Assembly (NCBI RefSeq): GCF_018350175.1
Contig: NC_058368.1
Location: forward strand, 67,148,001 to 67,212,000
Origin: Felis catus
Lineage: Eukaryota
Direction: 5' to 3'
DNA length: 64,000 bases
The translations under genes and the position numbers were made by a program. Position 1 is the first letter of the stretch. Every line of letters starts with the position of its first letter. Positions 53,855 through 64,000 of this stretch are shown here, piece by piece. The notes beneath the pieces were generated by a model. The model saw only the letters and a list, made by a program, of their open reading frames with translations, made no database searches and had not been told where the DNA came from.

Positions 53855-53893
<39 letters not shown>
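53855..53893. repeat. (GCT)13 = (CAG)-type trinucleotide repeat in intron 1
   Basis: 13 uninterrupted GCT units counted directly. Confidence 0.97.
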
Positions 53894-53895
<2 letters not shown>

Positions 53896-54181
53896 CAGGC
53901 ACTGGAGGCTGGCAGAGCCGCGAGCACCAAGGCAGGGATCCCCTGGTCCCCAGAACCCCTCTCCGGCCCTGTTCCCGCCCGCCCTGGGCGCCGGGGCGCA
54001 GACGGGGACCACGCGGCCGGCGTGGGGCGGCCCCACGGGCGGCTGGAAGCCGCGTGCTCCCGTCGCCGGCTGCAAGAGCTCCCACGCCGCGACCCTCTGC
54101 CCTCCAGCCCCAGAAGGCGCCGGCAGCGACAGGCAGGCGCGCGGCGGCGGCGCGATGTCGCAGCTCGGGCGGGGCGCTCAC

Positions 54182-54255
54182 CAGAAGAATACGCGCGAGC
54201 AGAGGTTCGCGTCCTGCAGCGGGTTGGGCTTCACGTCCGGGTACACGGGCAGCAT
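54182..54255 (-). CDS. ABCC4: ABCC4/MRP4 coding exon 1 ([25 protein letters not shown] split codon), 74 nt
   Basis: Translation matches the MRP4 N-terminus (human [25 protein letters not shown]). ATG in GGCAAGATG context at 54255; donor TG|gtgagc; lies inside the CpG island. Confidence 0.97.
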
Positions 54256-55654
54256 CTTGCCGGCGGGGTCGTGCTTCTCCCGGAGACGCGGGCGGGGATG
54301 CCGGAGCTCCTGTGCCGCGCGGGTCCTCACGGCGGGAGCCCAAGAACCACCCGCTTCCGGGAGCAGAGCGCCGGCGGCCCGCCCCGTTCCCGCCCCCACC
54401 CCCGGGCCGCGCAGCTGCTGCCGCCGGGAGACCGGAGCCGCGCGCCGCGTGCGAGGCGGCGGGACGAGGGCGGCGGAGACCACGCTGCCCGTACCCCGAG
54501 CAGGTGCGAGGCGACGCCGTTGGATGAAGGCGGGTGGGTCGAGCTCGCGGCCCGCAGGGCCCTGCGCGGAGGCGCCCACGTGCTCAAACCTGGATGCAAA
54601 CTTTGCATAAGTTCGGGCTCCCAGCCCCGGCACCCTGCTGAGGGTGCCGAGGGGAGGCGCCGGCTCTGCCCGCCCCCGCGGCTCGGAAACGCCCCCTGGG
54701 CTGCTGCTTTGAGAGCTGCGGGACGGCTTTCGCCTGCCTTCTGGGCTGGCTGCCCTCATCAGGACCAAACAAGGGTGCTAGGGCAGGTGGTCCAGCCTGC
54801 GAGCCAAACGTTTGACCTCAGACAACAGCAGGATTTAGCACAGATTATCTTTGTAGAGCTGCAAGACCTAAAGAAAGGTAATAGAGGATTGAAGATGAAT
54901 GCATGCTGTCATTGGGGGCAAGCTTTTCCCATCTCACCTGTTGCATTGCACGAGGGAGCTCTTGGCAGCTTTTTGCTGCCCTCTGAGATTGAGAAAGGCC
55001 GGTAGGGAGGAGAGAGCCGGCCTTATGGTTTCATTCATCATGCCCTGGGAGCCCAGCAGAGTAAAAGTAGCCAAGGGAACATGTTACAGAACACTGGTTA
55101 GTTGCACTGCAGGGGGGTCTTGACTCCCTTCTAACTTTAACAAGGCCAGATTCAAGAAGGTGTTGTTATTTATTATCCCTGTTTTCCAGATGAGAAAGAC
55201 TAAAGGACAGAACTTATACATCGTCCATAAATGATGAAACCCAATTTGGACTCAAGTCAGAGTCCAGCATGGGCTGCCCCACTAGTGATGGTCAGTGTGC
55301 GTGAAAAGTGCCCAAATAGGCTGGTGGGATGAATGAATGATTGCAGGACCTGATGAACAAAACCTTGGACTCCCACTCCTAAGTCTTTGGTTGTTGTGTG
55401 GCCATCTTACCAGCTCAGCAGCTTCTCTTCCCTTCAACCCTAATTGAAGAAAAAGCAAAGATTTCAGTTCAAAATACAGCAAGATCACTTTTTTTTTTAA
55501 TTAAGTAAACTCTACCCCCAAGGTGGACTCAAATACACCACAGGAGATCAAGAGTTGCAAGCTCTACTGACTGAGCCAGCCAAGTGCCCCAAGATCACTT
55601 TACTTTTTAATAATTTCCCATTTACCTTGGCTAAAATGGTGTTATGGATAATGG

Positions 55655-56530
55655 CTTTGGTTGCCAGAGGGGAGGTGAGTGGGTGAAATAAGTGAAGGGG
55701 ATTAAGAGTACACTTGCCAGGCACCTGGGTGACTCAGTCGGTTAAGCCTCCGACTTCGGCTCAGGTCATGATCTCACAGTCAGTGAGTTCGAGCCCGGTG
55801 TCAGACTCTGTGCTGACAGCTCAGAGCCTGGAGCTCGCTTCAGATTCTGGATCTCCCTCTCTCTCTCTCTGCCCCTCCCCCGCTCGTGCTCTGTCTCTCT
55901 CAAAAATAAAATGTTAAAAAAATATATATACTTAACCATGATGAGCACTGAGTAATGTATGGAATTGTTGAATCATTATATACACCTGAAACTAATACAA
56001 TACCAGTGTTAATTATACTTGAATAAAAAATGATTTTTAATGTCAGTTATGCAATATGAAAAATGTTGGAAAACTGGTGTGACTATAGTTGACAATACTA
56101 TTCTGTCAAGTATACTGTGTTCTTGAAATTTGCTGACAGAGCAAATCTTGGATGCTCTTAACTTAGGAAAAAAAGAAAAATGGTTAAGATGTGAGGTGAT
56201 GGGAGGGGTTACCTGGGTGGCTCCATCAGTTAAGCATCCGACTCTTGGTTTCAGCTCGTCATGATCTCACGGTTCATGGGTTCGAGCCCCTTGTCAGGCT
56301 CAGCAGCTGGCATCTCAGAGCCTGCTTGGGATTCTCTCTCTCTCTTCTTTCTCAGCCCCTCCCCTGCTCACACTGTCTCTGTCTCTCTCGACTTAAACAA
56401 AAAGATGTGAGGTGATGGACATGTTGATTGGCTTGGTTGTAAATATTTCATAATGTAGATGTATACCAAGTCTCAGTTGTACACCTTCTATACAATTTTT
56501 TGATTGTCACTCATACCTCAGTAAAGCAGG
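55655..56530 (+). mobile_element. L1MA-type 3' UTR fragments with two inserted SINEs
   Basis: GGTTGCCAGAGGGGAG, GGGATTAAGAG, TACACCTGAAACTAAT and TGAAATTTGCT.A.AGAG motifs. Confidence 0.75.
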
Positions 56531-56663
56531 AGAGAAATGACTTTTAAAGAAAGCCTTGGGGTAGCTGGGTGGCTCAGTTAAGTGTCCGACTCTTGATTTC
56601 CGCTCAGGTCATGATCTCCGTTCATGAGTTCAAGCCCCTGTCAGTGCAGAGCTTGCTTGGGAT

Positions 56664-56770
56664 TCTCTCTCCTCTCTCCTCTCTCCTCTCTCCTCTCTCC
56701 TCTCTCCTCCTCTCTCCTCTCTCCTCTCTCTCCTTCTCTCTCCTTCTCTCTCTGCCCCTCTCCTCTCTGT
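56664..56770. repeat. (CTCTCCT)n-like expansion of a SINE CT tract
   Basis: Heptamer-like polypyrimidine repeat inside the SINE at ~56558-56810. Confidence 0.85.
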
Positions 56771-58083
56771 GTTCTCTCTCTCTCTGTCTCAAAATAAATA
56801 AGTATACTTCAAAACAAAAAGAAAACCTTACTATTTTCATTTCTTATAAGTCAAATGTGTAAGAATAGCAAAATGTTGACCATGTTTAATTGATGGGTGA
56901 TGGGAGTTTATTATACTATCTCCTTGATATTTCATGTATGTTTGATAATTTCCAATATAAAAAGGAAGACATTTAGGTCTGAATATTATAAGAAAACTAT
57001 AATTATTCAATTATTCCCTTTCGGTGTTAGCTCTTTCTCAGATAATGCAATCTATAAACCTAAATAATTAGCCCTCCCCTGATTATAGTTCTTGAAACTC
57101 CCTACATTTTCCAGCCTAAATGTTCAGCCAGCAGGTCTGAGTCAAGATGAAGGCCATGCTCTCTAAAGTTACAAGTCAAGTGACTTCCCTTGTCACTCTG
57201 CCCCAGGCCACTCTCCAGCCCTACAACTCCCAGAATCATAGTTAGCTGGTTACAAACTGCCAAAAACACTCTGTCCCTTCAGCTTCCGCTGAGTCCTTTT
57301 TTTTTTTTAACTAAGATCTTTTGAAACCTCTTACCATTATTTCCTGTACATGAACTAATACGATATTTAGAAGGATTATGAGAACCAGTGTTAAATTATA
57401 GGGAGAAGACTAGATTTGGAACCAGAGGACCAGGCGTACAGACTTTTCACTTATTACCTAAACTTCCTGACCCTTCTTTTCCCCAGGTCTAAAATGGGAA
57501 TCAATATGCCCCCCTCTTCCTGCTTCCTACAGAGTTATTGTGAGCCTCACAACTCATAACTGTACTTTGTAAAACCTAAGGCAACATATAAATAAAAGGT
57601 TTTTTTTTTCATTCATTTAACAAATGCTTAGTGAATGCCTTTTAAGTATATGACCACGAGGCCAGGCACAGAGCATGCAAAGCTCTACCTGCACATGTTT
57701 ACTGATTTTTTTTAATATTTTTTAATGTTTATTTATTTTTGAGAGAGAGACAGAAGTGTAAGCAGGGGAGGGGCAGAGAGAGCGGGAGACACAGAATCTG
57801 AAGCAGGCTCCAGGCTCTGAGGTGTCAGCACAGAGCCCAACGTGGGGCTCGAACCCACGAACCACCAGATCATGACTGAGCCACCCAGGCATCCCACATG
57901 TTCACTGATCTTAAATAAATAGTTCAGTACTGTAACTGCATAGGCAGTAAGTGTCGGACAGGCTGTGGAGCAATCAAATTGCTGGCAGGGACGTAACATG
58001 GTACAGCCACAAAATTACCACCTTACCCAGGAAGTCCACTCCTGGTATCTGTTGGTTTGGAGCCATCCCAAGAGCTCCCCTGG

Positions 58084-58460
58084 TGTAACCTGAAACTGTC
58101 CCCTGTACTTGGAGGGCAGGGAGAGACAGAAGACAGAGGCAGCCCATTCCAGTTGGTAGGTGGCAGTGTTCATAAACAAAGTGAACTTTTATACAGCTTG
58201 TGTTGAGTGGCAGCAAGAAAAATGGATCCCCACACCCACCAGTCAAATCTTAAATCTGTGAAGAGGCCTGAACTAGGTTCAGACACATATAACATGCAGA
58301 TTCTCTCAATACCACATCACTATCTCAAGGCTGTGTCCTTGGGGCAGCCTCTGGGAGTGGGAGCCCACATTCCAAGGACAAGGAAGGGGGTGAGGAGACT
58401 CCAGTGGCTGGGGTGCAGCTCATGGGTCAACTGATGGTCATGTCTTTTCAACGACATACC
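58084..58460 (-). mobile_element. Probable carnivore ERV solo LTR
   Basis: TG…CA-bounded ~375-bp segment resembling carnivore LTR families (ATTCCAGTTGGTAGGTGGCAG, CATTCCAAGGACA.GG); family not assignable. Confidence 0.5.
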
Positions 58461-59439
58461 CCAGCACTGTCTACGTAAGATAAATGAAAACATGTCTGCA
58501 CAATAAAAACTTAGACACAGGGGCACCTGCTGGCTCAGTCAGTAGAGCATACAATTCTTGATCTCGGGGTTGTAAGTTCAAGTCCAACACTGGGTATAGA
58601 GATTACATAAAACTAAAAATCTTAAAAGTAAAAATAAATAAAAACTTAGACACAAATGTCAGGGGCACCTGAGTGACTCAGTCAGTTAAGCGTCCAACTT
58701 CAGCCCAGGTCATGATCTTGCAGTTTGTAGTTGGAGCCCCACATTGGGCTCTCTGCTATCAGCACAGGGCCCGCTTCGGGTCCTCTTCCCCTTCTCTCTC
58801 TGCCCCTCCCCTGCTCATTCTCTCTCTCAAAAATAAATAAATAAACTTAAAAAAAAAAAGTGTCATAGCAGCACTACTCATAAAAGCCAAAAGGTGTGTG
58901 TTGGGGTTGGGAGGAGTGAGAACCAAGTGTCCATCAACTCACCCACTGGTGAATGGATAAATAGAATGTGGTCTTACATCCAATGAAATATTATCTGGCA
59001 TTTTATTAAAAGGAATGACATTGACATTTGCTATAACAGGCATGAACGCTGAAAATATGCTGCGTGAATGAAGTCAGTCATTGACTAGTGAGGAGCAAAG
59101 AGCAAACATCTAGGGAGACATTCAATCTTTTTATACCTGATTTATTCCCAAACCTCAGAGACATGATGCATATTGTGCCTTTACAAACTATAAATTACTA
59201 GATGGTCTTCAGGATCCCTCTCAAATATTCAAAGCATCAAGTGTTAAATTTGCAGTAGGTATAAGAGCTAATAATGCAGTACTAAGCTGGTTCAGCTAAG
59301 ACAGTGCTATTCTTCAAACATTTTTCTCCCAAGACATATGGAACAAATGGCATTCACAATTTAAACGTACTCCAATGGGTTGAGCACAAATGCTCCATCA
59401 GTACACCTTCTAGTAAGTCTTCACCTCCATATCCTTAGG

Positions 59440-59690
59440 GGTGGGCACCGACTCAAATGTAGCAGCCAATCATAATATGCCACGGCCATGGCCAGAGGGG
59501 CAGGCCCAGAAACAGGCTCATGGCCCAAGCCAGCCAACTGGCTTTCTTTCTTGAGAATTTATTTTTGCTGAAGCTACAAAGGGAAAACCTCCCTTTCCTT
59601 TCTGATCAGGGAGTTGTAAAGATATGACCCATAACTGCTGGTGGCCATGTCTCCCATGTATGCAGAGAGGCCTGAAAGAATAAAGCAGGT
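59440..59690 (+). mobile_element. MLT1J/K-type MaLR fragment
   Basis: GCCAATCA…GGCTCATG.CCCAAGCCAG…GCTGGTGGCCATGT motifs. Confidence 0.5.
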
Positions 59691-59849
59691 ACCCAATGGA
59701 AAGTCATGCAATCAACAACTAGTAAACACCTACTGTACCAAGAACGGTTCCAGGAAGGAAGGATACATAAGAACAGGATGAGTAATACAAGAGAGAGTCT
59801 TGGTGGTAACAGATCTCTGTGGATCCTGAAGCTAAGAGGATCCCTACTT

Positions 59850-60291
59850 AGATTGTGTGACGTTCCGTAGCAGGACCTAGGACTCTCCAGTTCATATCCT
59901 CTGTGCCCATCTCCAGGTCTACAGCAGCTAACTGCATACTTGCAACTCCCTGCTTAAGGGTCTTTTTCTGGCTATGGAAGGGCATTGGGCCCATATGCAA
60001 GGCAAGCCAAAAGCCTGTAATCAACCCTCAACCAGTGATGGGGAGCTGTAGATGAATGCCCAATCTCCTTGTCTACGGCTACAATAATTGTCTCCCAGTG
60101 CTCCCCAGCAGGATGAAGCCCAGCTGCCTAAGCAGTAACTTGCAAGCTAATACACCCTTTGTTTCTTCCTTCCTTTCTCTGTCTCACTTCTGCACTCCCT
60201 GCAAATGTTGTCCTGGGATCACCTCCAAAATAAACTACATCCACTCAAATCCTCATCTCGGTGTACTACTATGAGAACCCAAATGAAGACA
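59850..60291 (+). mobile_element. LTR16-like ERVL solo LTR
   Basis: CCTGGGATCACCTCC.AAATAAACTAC…ACTCAAATCCT…GAACCCAAA..AAGACA 3' end. Confidence 0.78.
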
Positions 60292-60379
60292 AATGGGAAG
60301 GAAATATCCTTCCCATTACTGAAAATTCTATTCATCGTCTTGCACCCCCAAAATCCTAACAAGTACTATAAACTCTGGG

Positions 60380-60948
60380 TTGTTCAAAGGAGCGACACTA
60401 TTCACATGAGGATTTTGAAGACTTAAAATGCGTGTGGTCCAAATTGAGATATGCTATAAGGGTAAAAAACACACACTGGATTTCAAACACAATACAAAAA
60501 CATATGTTAATGTCTCAGTGACTTTTTACATTGATTACATATTGTAATGGTAGTATTTTGGACACACTGGTTTAAAAATATCTTGCTAATAATTGATTTC
60601 AACTTCACATGTTCCTTTTTAAAGTGACTACTAAAAAACATAAAATTACAGCTGTGGCTTCACTGTATATTTCTTTAAATATATTCTTTTTTTTTCCTTG
60701 AATGTCTATTTAGTTTTGAGAGAGAATGAGAGAGCGCGAGTAGAGGAGAGGCAGAGAGAGGAGACACAGGATCTGAAGCAGGCTCCAGGCTCCAAGCTAT
60801 CATCTGTCCACTGTCCACTGTCAGCACAGAGCTCAAAGCAGGGCTCGAAACCGCAAACCGTGAGATCATGACCTGAGCCGAAGTCAGACACTTAACAGAC
60901 TGAGCCACCCAGGTGCCCCCTCAGCGTATATTTCTGTGAACAGCATTG
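60380..60948. mobile_element. MER33/MER3-like hAT MITE interrupted by a reverse SINE (~60680-60920)
   Basis: AATTGAGAT.TGCT.TAAG.GTAAAA…CACACTGGATTTCAAA…TTGATTACAT; GTATATTTCT duplicated around the SINE. Confidence 0.72.
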
Positions 60949-62099
60949 CTGTAATCAATGGATAGGCTCGAACACCACTAATTTCTTTCCCACTCAAGAA
61001 AGCAAGCAAATAAGATTCGTGTTACTATACAAGTGACCTTGAACATGCTCTAGTTCATAAAAAGAGGTCATCCTTAGGATTCAGAACTTCCTTAATAGTA
61101 GTGAAGTACTTGTGTCACTTCCCATTGGATCTTAGTCATTTCTACGTTATGATGCTATCGTAAAGAGTTAAACAAAACATCCACAAAGCCTGGTTCAATA
61201 TATTTTACCTGGTCTTCCTTTAAGATGTGATAATATCGAAAGTTCAAGTTATTTTGCTTTCAGTCGTTTGGAAAACCAATCCATTATCGAGATTCGTTGT
61301 CCAGAAACTGCTAAAAGTTGATCAAGATGTCTTCAGAAAAAGATACACCTAAAAAGATGAAATCCCTACTTCCAGCCTTGCAATCTAGAAAAAGAATGGG
61401 TAAAAAGTAACTTATACCAAAATTATACAAATAATAAATATAAATATGTAAATACATCTGTTCTCACCCATCAAACTAGCAAAGGTTTTTTATTTTTCAA
61501 ATTAGCAAAGATTTTTTTTAAAAAAACAATGTACCCCATGTTAACGAAGGCAAAACATAAGAGGCACTGTATGTAGTATACTATTGGCGAAAGGTAAATT
61601 AGAATAGCCTTTTACTTTTCTTTTTTTTATTTTTAAAAAATTAAAAAAATATTTAATGTTTATTTTTGAGAGAGAGAGAGAGAGAGAGCATGCAAAGCTG
61701 AGGAGGGCAGAGAGAGAGGGAGACAGAGGATCAGAAGCAGGCTCTGTGCTGACAATGCAGGGTTTGAATTCATGAAGTGTGAGATCATGACCTGAGCTGA
61801 AATCTGATGCTTAACCAGCTAAGCCACCCAGGCACCCCTAAAATGGCCTTTTTAGAAAACATTCGCCAATACTTACATTTGAGATACATTTGAGATCCTT
61901 AAAAATATTCATCCTCTTGATTCAGTAATTCTACTTATAGGAATTCCATTTATAGGCTTATTAAGGGAAAAAGTACTAGGGCGCCTGAGTAACTCAGTTG
62001 GTTAAGCAGTGACTCTTGATTTTGGCTCAGGTCATCATTCCAGGGTTGTGGGATTGAGTCCCACTTTGGGCTTTTCACTGAATGTGAAAAGCTTAAGAT

Positions 62100-62135
<36 letters not shown>

Positions 62136-62320
62136 ATAAATAAACAAACAAACAAATAAATGGAAAGTACAGATGATAATTTATGTACAGATTTCTTTAT
62201 GTATAAATATGTTTATCAGAGCAGTGCTTCTTATAATAGGATTTAGAAACAGCTAAAAGCCCAGCAAAGGCAGAATGTTTAAGTAAATCATGACTCACTT
62301 TTAAACAAGTACTTTTTGAA

Positions 62321-62533
62321 TTTTTTTTTTCAACGTTTATTTATTTTTGGGACAGAGAGAGACAGAGCATGAACGGGGGAGGGGCAGAGAGAGAGGGAGA
62401 CACAGAATCGGAAACAGGCTCCAGGCTCTGAGCCATCAGCCCAGAGCCTGACGCGGGGCTCGAACTCACGGACCGCGAGATCGTGACCTGGCTGAAGTCG
62501 GATGCTTAACCGACTGCGCCACCCAGGCGCCCC
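62321..62533 (-). mobile_element. Young felid SINEC_Fc
   Basis: CpG-intact body; TSD TAAA..AGTACTTTTTGAA at 62302-62320 and 62534-62552. Confidence 0.95.
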
Positions 62534-63259
62534 TAAATGAGTACTTTTTGAACACCTACCATACATCAGATTCCCTTCAAAACGCTGAGGGTCAATAGTG
62601 GGAAATAGACAGTAAACTATAAAAGACAGTAAGTAAGTAAATGAGCGAACAAGATAATTTCAGGTTTGGTGAGGACGATGTAGGAAAATAGGATGTGAAA
62701 GGGAGTGCTTAAAGGTGCTGGCCAGCTGATTTAAGTTACCTAGTGAGGAATGCTACTCAGAAGATAGGCTTGAACTGAAACAAGGAGCCAGCCTGTGTAA
62801 ATCTGGGAGCAAAACACCAAAAATTCCAAAATTAAAAATCCATGGCATTATATAGTGTAACTTAGGGGGAGAGTGTAGCTTTAAAAAAAAAAAAAAAAAT
62901 GAGAAAGAGAACTCCTCCCGGGTCTGTAAGAGAGAGAAGGACTCACAGTCAACCACTTTTCCCAAGAGTGAGGAGGCAGACAGGTGAATCTTGGAACCCC
63001 AGGACCCCTGGCCTGGAGGGACCAACTGAACTGTAGCTGACGAATTGCTGGAGGCTCAGTGTGAACAAGTCTGAAAGTTAAAAAGTCTGGGGGAACCCAG
63101 TCACAGAGGGACGCCCACAATATCGTGACATTTACTTCCCAGAGCTTTATCAAGTTCCCACAGTTGGTATCAGAGAGGCTTCCTGCAGGGGGGAGGGGAA
63201 AGGAACCATTTTGAAATATGCCAGAACACTCAAGCCTTAACAAGGCCTTGCCTATAAAA

Positions 63260-63560
63260 GAAACAAAGATCAGAGTTACGTCCAACTTCTCCTCAGAAAC
63301 CACACAAGAGAGTGGAGTGAAAATTTTAAGTGCAGAGGGAAACAACAACAACAACAACCTAGAGTTCTATATCCTGTAAAATGATCTTTTGGGAGTGAAG
63401 AAAAAATACAGACTTTCTCAGAAAAACAAAAATCGGGGGATTATTTTGCCAGTAGACCTGCCTTGCCAAAAAAATGTTAAAAGAAGTTCTTTAGAGAGAA
63501 GGAAAATAATGTACGTCAGAGATTCAGATCTATGTAAAGAAACAGCATGGAAGGAGTAAG
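63260..63560 (+). mobile_element. Old L1M ORF1 3' remnant
   Basis: ACTTCTCCTCAGAAACCA…CAACCTAGA.TTCTATATCC…GACTTTCTCAGA…GCCAGTAGACCTGCCTTGC…ATGTTAAAAGAAGTTCTT motifs. Confidence 0.7.
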
Positions 63561-64000
63561 GGAAGGGACAATCATGCAAGGGGAACCAATAGAATGGTAT
63601 TGAGAGCTTGGAATCATGACCAGAATGGAAGCAGAACTTTGAAAAGGCCTATTTTTTTTTTAAGATTTTATTTTTAAGCAATTTTTATGTTTAAGTAATC
63701 TCTACACCCAACGTTGGGTTTAAACTCACAACCCTAAGAACACACTTTTTAGGGCGCCTGGGTGGCTCAGTCGGTTGGGCATCCCACTTCGGCTCAGGTC
63801 ATGATCTCACAGCCAGTTAGTTAGAGCCCCACATCAGGCTCTGTACTGACACCTCAGAGCCTGGAGTCTGCTTCGCATTCTGTGTCTCCCCTGTCTCTGC
63901 CCCTCCCCTGCTCTCTCTCTCTCTCTCAAAAATGAATAAACATTAAAAAAAAAAAAAGAGTCAATACTTTTCTAACTGAGCTAGCCAGGCACCCACAAAA

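Larger units (their letters stand above)
53830..54740. promoter_or_regulatory. ABCC4: CpG island / ABCC4 promoter and 5' UTR (TATA-less, GC boxes)
   Basis: Very high GC and CpG density around exon 1. Multiple GGGCGG/CCGCCC boxes, an ETS-like CCGGAAG on the minus strand (54354-54360), E-box CACGTG (54577-54582) and GCGTG core (54447-54451). Confidence 0.9.

Noticed and set aside
53714..55005. Long plus-strand ORFs (298 and 327 aa) antisense to exon 1, one with poly-Ala
   Set aside because: Typical stop-poor frames of a CpG island; low-complexity Arg/Ala/Gly/Pro content with no recognisable domain.

Overview
Mammalian genomic DNA, not prokaryotic. The dense Can-SINE/SINEC_Fc-type elements indicate a felid (cat family). 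The window holds the 5' end of ABCC4 (MRP4, an ABC transporter exporting cAMP, cGMP and organic anions) on the minus strand. It includes a CpG-island promoter and coding exon 1 (54182-54255), a ~47 kb intron 1, exon 2 (6938-7048), exon 3 (6248-6368) and the start of intron 3. These exons splice at GT-AG sites into 102 codons; the gene continues beyond the left edge. The rest is mostly repeats: dozens of carnivore tRNA-derived SINEs, a 3.3 kb 5'-truncated L1, older L1/L2/CR1/MIR fragments, ERVL/MaLR LTRs, hAT MITEs and microsatellites. Almost all ORFs in the supplied track are artefacts of repeats or GC richness. I found no convincing new multi-gene system. The best leads are a higher-order minisatellite in intron 3, a pair of perfect CRE palindromes in intron 1, a (CAG)13 tract in the promoter island, a candidate poison exon, and inverted SINEs around exons 2-3. 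Repeat family names come from recalled consensus sequences, and repeat boundaries are approximate.
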